Shown: positions 19,414 through 30,037 of the stretch, one piece after another
Position numbering within the stretch: the stretch's first letter is position 1
Layout of the letters: every line of letters begins with the position of its first letter
Origin: an uncultured delta proteobacterium
Lineage (GTDB): Bacteria; Desulfobacterota; Binatia; HRBIN30; BPIQ01
DNA: 64,000 nt
Direction of reading: 5' to 3'
NCBI GenBank assembly: GCA_963761335.1
Contig: CAVXGR010000007.1
Coordinates: 32,001-96,000, forward strand
The notes under the pieces: generated by a model
What the model saw: the letters and a program-made list of their open reading frames with translations, nothing else
Told to the model about the DNA's origin: nothing
The model's database searches: none
Program-made: the position numbers and the translations under genes

Positions 19414-20949
19414 ATGACGCAACCGACGAGCGCCGAGCCGCTGCTCCTTCCCGATGACGAGTACAACCAGCAGCTCCTCGCCAATGCCCATCCGCCGCAA
19501 TGGGCGAACCCGAAGCCGGCGCGGCGCTACAATCTCGTGGTCATCGGCGCCGGCACCGCGGGCCTGGTCACGGCGGCGGGCGCCGCCGGCCTCGGCGCCA
19601 AGGTGGCGCTCGTCGAGCGGCAGCTGATGGGCGGCGACTGCCTGAACGTCGGCTGCGTTCCCTCGAAATGCATGATCGCCTCGTCGCGGGTCGCCGCCGG
19701 CGCGCGAGGTGCGGAAGCCTACGGCGTTCGCGTGCCCCTCGGAGTCGAGGCCGATTTCGCCGCGGTCATGCAGCGCATGCGCCGCCTGCGCGCCCGCATC
19801 AGCGACAACGACTCGGCGGCGCGTTTCGCCGGCAAGCTGGGCGTCGACGTCTTCATCGGCGACGGCCGCTTCGCCGGCCCGGGGGCGGTCGAGGTGGGCG
19901 GACAGACGCTGCGCTTCAGCCGCGCCGTGATCGCCACCGGCGCGCGGCCGGCGCGCCCGCCGATCCCCGGGCTCGCCGCCGCCGGGTTCCTCACCAACGA
20001 GACTGTCTTCTGGCTCACCGAGCGCCCGCGCCGCCTCGCCGTCATCGGCGCCGGGCCCATCGGCTGCGAGCTGTCACAGGCCTTCCACCGCCTCGGCAGC
20101 AAGGTCACCATCATCGAGGCGGGCACGCACTTCCTGCCGCGCGAGGATCCCGACGCCGCCGGCATTCTCGCCGAGCGCTTCCGCCGCGAGGGGATCGACG
20201 TGCGCCTCGGCACCTCGGTCAAGGAGGTGTCGGTCAGCGGGGCAGAGAAGCTCCTCCATCTCCGCGGCGACGGCGGCGATCAGGTGCTGGCGGCGGACGA
20301 GATCCTGGTCGGCACCGGACGAGCGCCGAACGTCGAGGGGCTGGGGCTCGAGGCGATCGGCGTGACCTGCGGCGACCGCGGCGTCGACGTGGACGATTAC
20401 CTGCGCACCAGCAACCCGCGCGTCTACGCCTGCGGCGACGTCTGCCTCTCGTACAAGTTCACCCACATCGCCGATTTCAGCGCCCGCATCGTCATCCAGA
20501 ACGCCCTCTTCTTCGGCCGCCAGAAGCTGAGCGCCCTCAACGTCCCCTGGTGCACGTACACCGATCCGGAGATCGCTCACGTCGGCATGTACGAAGGCGA
20601 GGCGCGACAGCGCGGCATGGAGGTCAGCACCTTCACGCAGCCACTGCACGACGTGGATCGCGCCATCGCCGATGGGGAGGAGGAGGGCTTCGTCAAGATC
20701 CATGTGAAGAAGGGCAGCGATCAGATCCTCGGCGCCACCGTGGTTGCGGCGCACGCCGGCGAGATGATCAGCGAGATCAGCGTGGCCATGGCGGCCAAGA
20801 TGGGGCTCGGCGCTCTCGCCCGCGTCATCCACCCGTATCCGACGCAGGCGGAGGCCATCCGCAAGCTTGGCGACGCCTACAACCGCACTCGCCTGACGCC
20901 CGGGGTGAAGCGGCTCTTCAAGGGGCTGCTGGCGCTGCGCCGGCGGTGA
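19414..20949 (+). CDS. Pyridine nucleotide-disulfide oxidoreductase (mercuric-reductase-like, no C-terminal Cys pair)
   Basis: GAGTAG, GGDCLNVGCVPSK, GAGPIGCE, HPYPTQAE. Confidence 0.9.
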   Translation: MTQPTSAEPLLLPDDEYNQQLLANAHPPQWANPKPARRYNLVVIGAGTAGLVTAAGAAGLGAKVALVERQLMGGDCLNVGCVPSKCMIASSRVAAGARGAEAYGVRVPLGVEADFAAVMQRMRRLRARISDNDSAARFAGKLGVDVFIGDGRFAGPGAVEVGGQTLRFSRAVIATGARPARPPIPGLAAAGFLTNETVFWLTERPRRLAVIGAGPIGCELSQAFHRLGSKVTIIEAGTHFLPREDPDAAGILAERFRREGIDVRLGTSVKEVSVSGAEKLLHLRGDGGDQVLAADEILVGTGRAPNVEGLGLEAIGVTCGDRGVDVDDYLRTSNPRVYACGDVCLSYKFTHIADFSARIVIQNALFFGRQKLSALNVPWCTYTDPEIAHVGMYEGEARQRGMEVSTFTQPLHDVDRAIADGEEEGFVKIHVKKGSDQILGATVVAAHAGEMISEISVAMAAKMGLGALARVIHPYPTQAEAIRKLGDAYNRTRLTPGVKRLFKGLLALRRR

Positions 20950-20956
20950 GGCGCGG

Positions 20957-21031
20957 ATGGGGACAGGCTACTTTTGCCCGTCGAAATTGCCGACGGCGAC
21001 GATCTCGTTCGCAAAAGTTGCCTGTCCCCAT
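20957..21031. repeat. Repeat family E inverted pair (GGGGACAGGCTACTTTT ... AAAAGTAGCCTGTCCCC)
   Basis: Lies between convergent genes; further pairs at 22931-23003, 33680-33760, 40491-40521 and 50573-50617. Confidence 0.85.
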
Positions 21032-21041
21032 GAAGCGCCCC

Positions 21042-22859
21042 CTACTCTTGCTCGGGGCTGCTGCTCGACAGTCGCCGGTTGAGGTCGTAGGCGGCGCTGA
21101 TCAGACCCAGATGCGTGAACGCCTGCGGGAAGTTGCCGAGGTGCTCGCCGCGCGGCCCGAGCTCTTCCGAGAAGAGGCCCAGGTGATTCGCGTAGCCGAG
21201 CGCCTTCTCGAAGTAGAAGCGCGCCTTCTGCAGATCGCCCCCGCGCGACAGGCACTCGACGTACCAGAACGAGCACATCGAAAACGTGCCCTCGTCGCCG
21301 GGCAGGCCGTCGGTGAACTGGTCGCCGAGGTTGTAGCGATAGACCAATGAGTCCGAGACCAGGCTCTTCTCGACGGCGCGCATGGTCGACAGCCAGCGCG
21401 GGTCGCGGGCGCCAATGAAGCGCACCAGCGGCATGAGCAGGCACGAGGCGTCGAGGGAACGGCTGTTGCGGTACTGCACGAAGGTTTGCAGATCGTCGTT
21501 CCAGAAGTCGGTGAAGATCTGGCCGTAGATGGCGTCGCGCTGCCTCTGCCAGCGCTCCAGCGGAGCCGGCAACGAGCGCTTCTGCGCCAGGCGCATGGCG
21601 CGGTCGAAGGCCACCCAGCACATGACGCGGGAGTAGAGGAACTCGTGCCGGCCGCCGCGCGTCTCCCAGATCCCTTCGTCGGGCTGCGACCAGTGATCGC
21701 AGAGCCAGTCGATGATCCGCACCAGGTTCGTCCACAGGTCGTGCGAGATCGGCTCGCCGTACTTGTCGTACAGGTAGACAGAATCCATCAGCTCGCCGTA
21801 GATGTCGAGCTGCAGCTGGCAGAAGGCGTCGTTGCCGTAGCGGACCGGACGCGAGCCGCAGTATCCCTCCAGATGCGGCAGCGCCTGCTCGGTGAGATCA
21901 TGGGCGCCGTCGATGCCGTAGAGAACCTGCAGCGAGCCGTCCGGCTCGAGCTCCGCACAGCGCGCCTCGATCCATTTCATGAAGGCGGCGGCCTCGTCGG
22001 TATAGCCGAGGCGAATGAGGGCGTAGAGCGTGAACGAGGCGTCGCGGATCCAGGTGTAGCGGTAGTCCCAGTTGCGCACGCCGCCGATCTTCTCGGGCAG
22101 GCCGAGCGTCGGCGCGGCGACGATCGAGCCGTACTCCTCGGAGACCAGCAGCTTCAGGGTGAGTGCCGAGCGATTGACCATGTCGCGCCAGCGGCCGCTG
22201 TAGCTCGAGCGCGCCACCCAGCGGCGCCAGAAGTTCGCCGTCTCCTTGAAGGAATCGGAGACGTAATCGGGCGCCGACGACGGCGACTCCTTTTGAGGCA
22301 GCGCCTCCTCCATGATGAAGGAGGCGGACTCATCGGCGCCCAGCTTGAACTCGGCGATGGCAGCGCCGTTCTCGATGCGCACCGGCACAGAGGTGCGCAG
22401 GCGCACCGCCCCGCCCTTGCCGTCGGAGATGAACAGCACCTCGCCGTCCTTCTTCTCGATCTGATGACCGGCGCGGGCGTAATCGAAGCGCGGCTCGAAG
22501 ATCATACGGTAGCGGATCTCGCCGCGCACCGTCTTCACCCGCCGCACGATGTCGTGCTGGTGGCCCATGCGCCGCAAGGGCATGAAGTCGGAGATCTCGG
22601 CGACGCCCTCCTCGGAAAGCGAGCGGGTGAGGAGGATGTTGGTGTCCGGCAGGTAGAGCTGCTTCTGCCGGGCGCGGTCGTCGAGGATGGGCGAGATGCG
22701 AAAGCGGCCGCCCTTCTCGTCATCGAGGATGGCCGCAAACACCGTCGGCGAGTCGAAGTGGGGGAAGGAGAGAAAATCGATCGAGCCGTCCTTGCCGACC
22801 AGTGCGACGGTGTGCAGATCGCCGATGATGCCGTAGTCTTCGATCGGCTGATACGCCAT
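21042..22859 (-). CDS. Glycoside hydrolase family 15 (trehalase/glucoamylase-like)
   Basis: IEDYGIIGD, RNWDYRYTWIRDA, QLDIYGE, DEGIWE, LGNFPQAFTH. Confidence 0.95.
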   Translation of the reverse strand: MAYQPIEDYGIIGDLHTVALVGKDGSIDFLSFPHFDSPTVFAAILDDEKGGRFRISPILDDRARQKQLYLPDTNILLTRSLSEEGVAEISDFMPLRRMGHQHDIVRRVKTVRGEIRYRMIFEPRFDYARAGHQIEKKDGEVLFISDGKGGAVRLRTSVPVRIENGAAIAEFKLGADESASFIMEEALPQKESPSSAPDYVSDSFKETANFWRRWVARSSYSGRWRDMVNRSALTLKLLVSEEYGSIVAAPTLGLPEKIGGVRNWDYRYTWIRDASFTLYALIRLGYTDEAAAFMKWIEARCAELEPDGSLQVLYGIDGAHDLTEQALPHLEGYCGSRPVRYGNDAFCQLQLDIYGELMDSVYLYDKYGEPISHDLWTNLVRIIDWLCDHWSQPDEGIWETRGGRHEFLYSRVMCWVAFDRAMRLAQKRSLPAPLERWQRQRDAIYGQIFTDFWNDDLQTFVQYRNSRSLDASCLLMPLVRFIGARDPRWLSTMRAVEKSLVSDSLVYRYNLGDQFTDGLPGDEGTFSMCSFWYVECLSRGGDLQKARFYFEKALGYANHLGLFSEELGPRGEHLGNFPQAFTHLGLISAAYDLNRRLSSSSPEQE

Positions 22860-22930
22860 ACCCAGACCTCCGCTTCCTTCCCCCCATTGTCGAGGCTGGC
22901 AGACGCCGGTTCAACCCCGCGTCGCCGCCC

Positions 22931-23003
22931 GGGGGGACAGGCTACTTTTGCGGCCGATCCGCAACCCGGCATATGCTTCGAGCGGCAAAAGTAGCCTGTC
23001 CCC
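22931..23003. repeat. Repeat family E inverted pair
   Basis: GGGGACAGGCTACTTTTGC...GCAAAAGTAGCCTGTCCCC. Confidence 0.85.
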
Positions 23004-23008
23004 ATCCA

Positions 23009-23746
23009 CTACGGCGTCTCCCCCGTCGCTTCGCGGAGGGCGCGGCGGGCGGTGCGGGTGACCACCACGGTGACGGCAATGGTGGCCGCCAGGCCGACGC
23101 CGAGAATGGCGTAGTAGGCGGCGCCCTTCTCGACGTGAGCGCCGCCCGCCAGAGCCGCGACGTCGCCGGCGAGCTTGCCGTAATACACGTAGAGGAGCGT
23201 CCCGGGCAGCATGCCGGCGGAGGCGATCACATAGTCGAGGAAGCGCACCTGGGTGAGGCCGAGGGCGTAGTTCAGGAGGTTGAAGGGAAAGACCGGGGAC
23301 AGGCGCAGCAGAAAGACGATCTTGCGCCCCTGAGCGCCGACGGCGCGGTCGATGGCGGCGAAGCGGCGGTTGCCGGCAAGGCGCCGCTCGACGGCACCAC
23401 GGGCCACATAGCGGGAAACGAGAAAGGCCGCCGCGGCCCCGAGGGTAGCGGCGATGAAGACGTAGATCGTCCCCTCGGCAATGCCGAAGATCGCCCCCGC
23501 CGCCAGTGTCAGGACTGACCCCGGAGCGAAGGCGACGACCGCGAGCGCATAGCCGGCGATGAACACCAGCGGTCCCCACACGCCCAGGCCGTCGACCCAG
23601 TCGGCGAAGCGCGGCACGTACGCCCCCAGCTGCCGCCCGAGGAAGACGACTGCTCCGATGGCCACCAGCACCATCGCCACCCTGGTTAGGGTTCGCGCCC
23701 CCCACCCGCCTTTTCCCAGCGTCGCTTCCTTCGCCACCTGCGCCAT
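23009..23746 (-). CDS. TVP38/TMEM64 (VTT/DedA) family membrane protein
   Basis: PGSVLTLAAGAIFG, LLRLSPVFPFNLLNYALGLT. Confidence 0.93.
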   Translation of the reverse strand: MAQVAKEATLGKGGWGARTLTRVAMVLVAIGAVVFLGRQLGAYVPRFADWVDGLGVWGPLVFIAGYALAVVAFAPGSVLTLAAGAIFGIAEGTIYVFIAATLGAAAAFLVSRYVARGAVERRLAGNRRFAAIDRAVGAQGRKIVFLLRLSPVFPFNLLNYALGLTQVRFLDYVIASAGMLPGTLLYVYYGKLAGDVAALAGGAHVEKGAAYYAILGVGLAATIAVTVVVTRTARRALREATGETP

Positions 23747-23794
23747 CTCCCCTCCGAGACTTAGAACCCGGCTTGGTGCGTATCGGTTCCCCAG

Positions 23795-24788
23795 TCACTC
23801 CTCTGCCGGATCACGGCCGAGAAAGCGAAAGGAGGCGTAGTCGGCGATGGCCCGGGCGCAGGTATTGTCGCTGTCGGTCATCACCGCCACCGCCAGTAGC
23901 GGCGCCGGCGAAGCACCGAAGAGCCGTTGGTGATCGGCGACGACGTCCACTTCCTCCTCGGTCCATTTCGGCATCGCTCCCCGCCCCATCGACACCATCA
24001 GGGCGTCGGCGGTGTAGGGATTCCTCCAGGTGGCGCCGCGCGGCTGGTCGCTGGACCACACGTAGTTGATCGCGTGCCCCGGCACCTCCTCACCGTAGAT
24101 CGCCGACGCCAGCCGGTGCTCGAGGCGCGCCAAGAACGAGGCGCGGCCCGAGTCGAAGCGAAACATGACGTACACGCGGGCGGCGAAGTCGTCACCCGAC
24201 CGGGCGCGCTCGCCCCCGACCGTCAGGCCGCGCTCGACCTTCCACGTCCAGCGCAGGCGCGGCGTGCGCTGCAGGTCGATCTCGGTCGCCGGCAGAGTCA
24301 ACGCCGAGGCGGAGCAGTCGCTGACGGCGCGCACCGCCTCGCGGCCGTCGAGGCGCACGGCGGTGTAGGTCGTGTGGCGCGCGATCTTGGGAAAGAGGAG
24401 CGGCTTCCACCCGTCGGTCCCGGGCGGCGGCAGCTCCACCACCGCGGCAGCCGCGCAGGCGCCGCTCGCCAGCAGCAGGAGCCCGAGACCGAGTAGTGTC
24501 CTAAATTCCCCCGACGCCGGATGTTGACGAGGGCGATTCGCTGTCTTCCGGTCGCTGTGGGCGTGGGCTCCCTCTCCCGCATTGCCGGCGGAAGAGGGCC
24601 GGGGTGAGGGCGCCGATCTCTTAGAACGCCGCGAGGATCCACCCGCTTTCAGCACCTTGTTCCTCTCCCGCAGGCAATGCGGGAGAGGAGACCCGGTGTG
24701 CGGCGCCGGAAACAGTTGCAGACGTCGAATTGGGACACTACCCGATACCGAGCCATTTGCTGGTTCCCCCTGGCGCCATTCCGCTCAT
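23795..24788 (-). pseudogene. DUF3047 family secreted protein, signal peptide interrupted by a MITE (24494-24740)
   Basis: LRWTWKV, DDFAARVYV, AINYVW, AVMTDSDNT; removing the MITE and one TSD copy restores MSGMAPGGTSKWLGLGLLLLASGACAA. Confidence 0.8.
24494..24740. mobile_element. 247-bp MITE (copy 2) with terminal inverted repeats and 12-bp target-site duplication
   Basis: Ends TAGTGTCCTAAATTC / GAATTGGGACACTA; flanks CCCGAGACCGAG (24482-24493) and CCCGATACCGAG (24741-24752). Confidence 0.85.
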
Positions 24789-24897
24789 GGTGTCGGACTT
24801 CGAGAGCGGATGAAAGAACTTTCGCCGCTCGGGCTTCTCCGTCGAGTGGGCGAGCACGGCCCTTGACCGCGGCGCCGGCGCAGCTACGCTGGCGGAG

Positions 24898-25947
24898 ATG
24901 ACGCTTCCGTCTCTTTCCCTCGGCCCCCTCCGCCTCGAGCACCCGGTGCTGGCGGCGCCGATCGCCGGCTTCACCGACGCCGTGTTCCGCGGCATCGTTC
25001 GCCGCTTCGGCGGTTGCGGGCTGATCTTCACCGAGATGATCTCCGCCGAGACCTGGGTGCGCGGCGCCGTCGAGCCGGAGCGCCTCGACGGGGTGGCCGA
25101 GGAGGAGCGCCCTTTGGGCGTGCAGCTCTGGGCCCGCGAGGCGGACCTGATCGAGGAAGCGGCGAGGCGGCTCGCGGCGCTGCGCGTCTCGCTCGTCGAC
25201 CTCAACTTCGGCTGCCCGGCCCGCCGCATCATGGGAAAGCACGGCGCCGGCGCGACGCTGCTGCGCGATCCGACGACCATCGGCCGCATGGTCGCCGCAG
25301 CGGTACGCGGCGCCGGGGGCATCCCGGTGACCGCCAAGATCCGCCTCGGGCAGTCGCTGCAGTCGCGCACCGCTCCCGAGGTGGCGCGCGCCGCCGAGGC
25401 CAATGGCGCGGTGGCCGTCACCGTGCACGGGCGCGCCGCCGATCAGAACTACGGCGTCCCCTGCCTGCTGGAGATGATCGCCGAGGTGGTCGCTTCGGTC
25501 TCCATTCCGGTCATTGCCAACGGCGACATCCGCGGCCCCGAGTCGGCCGAGCGCGCCATCGCCGCAACCGGCGCGCGCGGCGTGATGGTGGCGCGCGAGG
25601 CGCTGACGCGCCCATGGGTCTTCCGCGAGATCGCCGCCGCTCTGCGCGGCGAGCCGATTCCCGAGGCCCCGACGTTGGCGGAGCAGAAGGCGCTGCTGCT
25701 GGCGCATCACGGCGCCATGGCCGCCCGACAGGGCGATCGCCACGGGACCATCGTCATGCGCAAGTTCGCCAGCCGCTACCTTTCCGGCCTCCCCAACGGC
25801 GCCGCCTTCCGCAACGCCATCAACAAGGCCGAGTGCGGAGCCGAGTTCCGCGAGATCGTCGAGCGCTTCCTCGGCGGCGAGGTGCTGGACGGGCCGACCG
25901 CGGACGAGTCGCCCCTACCGGAGCTGCAGGAGTCGGCCTGCGCCTGA
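24898..25947 (+). CDS. dusB: tRNA-dihydrouridine synthase (DusB-like)
   Basis: APIAGFTD, TEMIS, DLNFGCP, VTAKIRLG, VHGR, ANGDI. Confidence 0.85.
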   Translation: MTLPSLSLGPLRLEHPVLAAPIAGFTDAVFRGIVRRFGGCGLIFTEMISAETWVRGAVEPERLDGVAEEERPLGVQLWAREADLIEEAARRLAALRVSLVDLNFGCPARRIMGKHGAGATLLRDPTTIGRMVAAAVRGAGGIPVTAKIRLGQSLQSRTAPEVARAAEANGAVAVTVHGRAADQNYGVPCLLEMIAEVVASVSIPVIANGDIRGPESAERAIAATGARGVMVAREALTRPWVFREIAAALRGEPIPEAPTLAEQKALLLAHHGAMAARQGDRHGTIVMRKFASRYLSGLPNGAAFRNAINKAECGAEFREIVERFLGGEVLDGPTADESPLPELQESACA

Positions 25948-25960
25948 GAAGGGACCACCC

Positions 25961-26287
25961 GTGCCGACTCGCAGCTTCCGACCCTCCAAGCGCCGCCGCC
26001 CGCCCTCGCCCGACCAGGTGGATCAGGTGGTGCGCGACGCCAAGGCGGCGTCGCTGGCGCGCCAGCAGGGATACCGCGAGCGCTCGCTGGCGCTCCACGG
26101 CTGGATCTGCGCCAAGTGCGCGCGCGAGTTCGACCAGTCGAACCTGCACCTACTGACCGTGCACCACAAGGACGGCAACCACGACAACAACCCGCCCGAT
26201 GGCAGCAACTGGGAGAACCTCTGCACCTACTGCCACGACGACGAGCACAGCCGAGAGATCCTCGCCGACTATATCGCCGGAAAATGA
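25961..26287 (+). CDS. yajD: YajD family HNH nuclease
   Basis: GYRERSL, CAKCAREF, LTVHHKDGNHDNNPPDGSNWENLCTYCHDDEHSR. Confidence 0.9.
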   Translation: MPTRSFRPSKRRRPPSPDQVDQVVRDAKAASLARQQGYRERSLALHGWICAKCAREFDQSNLHLLTVHHKDGNHDNNPPDGSNWENLCTYCHDDEHSREILADYIAGK

Positions 26288-26288
26288 C

Positions 26289-26493
26289 GGTTCACGGGTT
26301 TTCGGGTTCCCGGGTCGGGGCAAACGAGAAGCGCCGTTCGGGGCGGGAAGAACGATTCCGCCCGCCCGCGGGCCAAGTAGAAGCGGCGTCTCGCCGCTTC
26401 GGGAAGTGCCGGGACGGCGCTTCTACCCAGCAATGATCCCGCTCCACAAACCGCCAACCCGAGAACCCGACAACTCGAAAGCTCGCAAACCCG
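26289..26493. repeat. Family B REP doublet flanked by inverted 8-bp-period tracts
   Basis: GTAGAAGCGGCGTCTCGCCGCTTC...GCGCTTCTAC at 26378-26426; CGGGTT and AACCCG octamer runs on either side. Confidence 0.75.
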
Positions 26494-26517
26494 CCCGGTG
26501 CCGCCGGCGCCGCGCGC

Positions 26518-27281
26518 TCAGCTGGTCAGGCGTTTGCGCATGCCGCGGCGCGCCCAGGCGAGAAGCAGCACCGAGAGGGCGACGATGTAGAAGAGATCCC
26601 AGAGATTGATCGCCGTCAGCTGGCCGCGAAAGGCGCTGCGCGCCATGCGCACGGGGTGCAGCAATGGGAGCCCCTCGGCAAGCCACAGCCAGGCGCCGGA
26701 GAGCCGCTCCTTCAGCGGAAAGAACACGTCGGAGAAGAGGAAGAGCGGCGTCAGGAAGAGGGTGAAGTAGAAGCTGAAGAGATCGATATTGGGAATGTGC
26801 AGGGTGAAGGCCAGGCCGATGGCGGCAAACATCAACCCGGTCAGCGGTATCAGCGGCAGCACCAGCAAGGACGACGGCATCGGTGCCAGCCCGAAGGCAA
26901 CCACGGCCAGGTAGAAGCAGCCGCCATAGATGCAGGAGCGGGTGGTCGCCCACAGCACCTCGCCAAAGAGAATGTCGGCGGGCTGCACCGGCGTCGTCAG
27001 CATGGCGTCGTACGCCTTCTCATAAACCAGGCGAACGTAGATGTTGTAGGTCACCTCGAAGCTGGAGCCGTTCATGGCGGCGACGCACACCAGGCCGGGC
27101 GCCAAGAAGTCGATGTACGGCATACCGCCCATCTGGTTGACGTAGGCGCCGACGCCGATGCCGATGGCGGCGAGGTAGAGAACCGGCTCGAAGAAGTTCG
27201 GCAGGATGTTCCACTTCCACGTGCGCCGGTACATCGAGGCATTGCGGCGCCAGACGGACAGAGCATGCGGCAACGAGACGT

Positions 27282-27285
<4 letters not shown>
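26518..27285 (-). CDS. ABC-2 transporter permease (NodJ-like)
   Basis: FEPVLYL, YIDFLAPG, TPLFLFSDVFFPL. Confidence 0.9.
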
Positions 27286-28205
<920 letters not shown>

Positions 28206-28292
28206 CGGCAGAGTGGTATCAGCGAATCGGGAATCTCGGAAGCCCTGGGGGGCCAAGCTACCAAGAACCTCGATTCTCTGCTGCGCGGTTTT

Positions 28293-28432
28293 CGTTCTCA
28301 TTCCCGGCTCTCATCCCGTCGTTTTCGTTGTTCTGCGAGCCACGTGAGGTCACTCAGCTGCGTAGGTCACCCGCGGCTGCCAGAGCGAATGGAAAACGAC
28401 GGGATGAGAGCCGGGAATGAGAACGGAGAATG
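28293..28432. repeat. Repeat family A inverted pair
   Basis: 28296-28327 (+) and 28381-28432 (-). Confidence 0.85.
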
Positions 28433-28632
28433 TGGAGGGGAACCTCTGGGTCCCTGGCCCCACTGGTCGGCTCTTCCCCCTTGGCCTTGCCTCGACACAG
28501 CCAATGGCCCGTCCCCCCATTGCCCCCCCGTTTGCGCTGACGGCGGCGATCGCGATAAGAGGCAAGATTCCCGGCCGGTGGCACCGCCGTGCATTCCAAG
28601 CACCGGCCCAATCGGAACAGACGGAGGTGACC

Positions 28633-29883
28633 GTGGCAAACAGCGCAGCAGCGATGGCATCGGAATCGGGTGGCGCGGATCGTGAGACTCGGGCGCGCGA
28701 GTGGATTCGCATTCTCTCCGAGCTTCCGGAGCGCTGTGCCGGCACCCCCGCGGAGCGCGAGGCCGCGGAGCGCGTCGGCAGCTGGATGCGCGGCCTCGGC
28801 CTCGGCGAGCCGGCCACGGAGACCGTCGAGTCGCGGCCGCGGACCGGCTACGTGCTGGCTCTTCACGGCGGCCTGGCGGCACTCGCGTGCGCCTGGGGAG
28901 GCTTGGCGGGCGTGATCCTCGCGGCGCTGGCGGCGTGGTCCTTCCGCCGCGAGATGCGCCGCCAGAGGCCGACGCTTTCCCGCGTACTGCCCTCGCCGGA
29001 ATCAGTGAACGTCATCGCCCGCGCCGGGGCCACGGCTCCCCGCCGGCGGCTGATCCTCAGCGCCCACATCGATGCGGCGCAGGCCGGCTTTCTCTTCTCG
29101 CGCACCCTCGCCGATCTCTTCGCGCGCGGCGCCCGCAGGCGCGCCAAGGGCGCCGAGCCGCCGCCCGGGCCGCTGGCCCTTCCCGAGGGCCTGCTGCTCT
29201 CGGCCGTGCTGCTCACCACCGCCGCCTGGCTGGGAGCGCACGAATCGCTGCTGCTGCGCGCCGCGCTCGTGGTCACCGTGGCGGGGCTGCTGGTCACCTG
29301 CGCTTCCGGACTGGAGTGGGCCTTCGCCGCGGCCAGCCCTGGAGCGAACGACAACGCCTCGGCGGTGGCCGCCATGCTCACCTGCGCCGAGACCATGCTG
29401 GCGGAGCTGCCGGAAGACACTGAGCTGCTGGTGATCGGCACCGGGGCCGAGGAGGTCGGCTGCCGCGGCATGCAAGAGTATCTCGGACATCACCCCGACT
29501 GGCCCGAGGACAGCACCTTCTTCGTGAACTTCGAATGCGTCGGCGGCGGCGCCCTGCACTACATCCGCAGCGAGGGGGTCCTCACCAAGGGCGGCTATCC
29601 GCCGGTTCTCCTCGAGCTCGCCCGCCGCGTCGCCTCGACCGAGGAGTTCCGCGACGTCACCCCGACCGACCTGCTTGCCGGCACCGACGGCCACGTGCCC
29701 GCCGCCCATGGCTATCCGACGCTGTCGCTGATCTCCCTCGAGGCCAACGGCGTGCCCCGCAACTACCACCGTCCCGACGACGTCGTCGACGCCCTCGACA
29801 TGGGCACGGTGGTGCGCTCCGCCGACTTCGGCGCCGCCGTCGCCCGAGCCGCTCTGCGCGGACACGCCGGGCCGATCGGCTGA
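28633..29883 (+). CDS. Membrane-bound M28 family metallopeptidase
   Basis: SAHID, PGANDNASAV, GAEEVG, NYHRPDD, internal TM segments; GGAGG RBS before GTG. Confidence 0.88.
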   Translation: MANSAAAMASESGGADRETRAREWIRILSELPERCAGTPAEREAAERVGSWMRGLGLGEPATETVESRPRTGYVLALHGGLAALACAWGGLAGVILAALAAWSFRREMRRQRPTLSRVLPSPESVNVIARAGATAPRRRLILSAHIDAAQAGFLFSRTLADLFARGARRRAKGAEPPPGPLALPEGLLLSAVLLTTAAWLGAHESLLLRAALVVTVAGLLVTCASGLEWAFAAASPGANDNASAVAAMLTCAETMLAELPEDTELLVIGTGAEEVGCRGMQEYLGHHPDWPEDSTFFVNFECVGGGALHYIRSEGVLTKGGYPPVLLELARRVASTEEFRDVTPTDLLAGTDGHVPAAHGYPTLSLISLEANGVPRNYHRPDDVVDALDMGTVVRSADFGAAVARAALRGHAGPIG

Positions 29884-29888
29884 AGACA

Positions 29889-30036
29889 GGTTGTTGGGTT
29901 GTTAGGTTGTTGAGTTGTTAGTTTCGGAAGAGTGCGGCTTTCGAGCGATGCCGTATTGAGGCGTTGAGGTGTTGGCTGTGACGATTTGCCTGGGGCAACT
30001 CCCGCGCCTAACAACCTAACAACCAACAGCCAACAA
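29889..30036. repeat. Repeat family F: inverted 8-bp-period tracts (GGTTGTTA / TAACAACC)
   Basis: Same layout at 43609-43700, 45188-45265 and 56855-56946. Confidence 0.75.
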
Positions 30037-30037
30037 C

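Noticed and set aside
19414..20949. merA call
   Set aside because: No C-terminal Cys-Cys or N-terminal metal-binding domain; it has HPYPT and no mer neighbours.
25961..26287. HNH protein as a defence or homing system
   Set aside because: Matches the conserved stand-alone YajD pattern; no partner genes or intron context.
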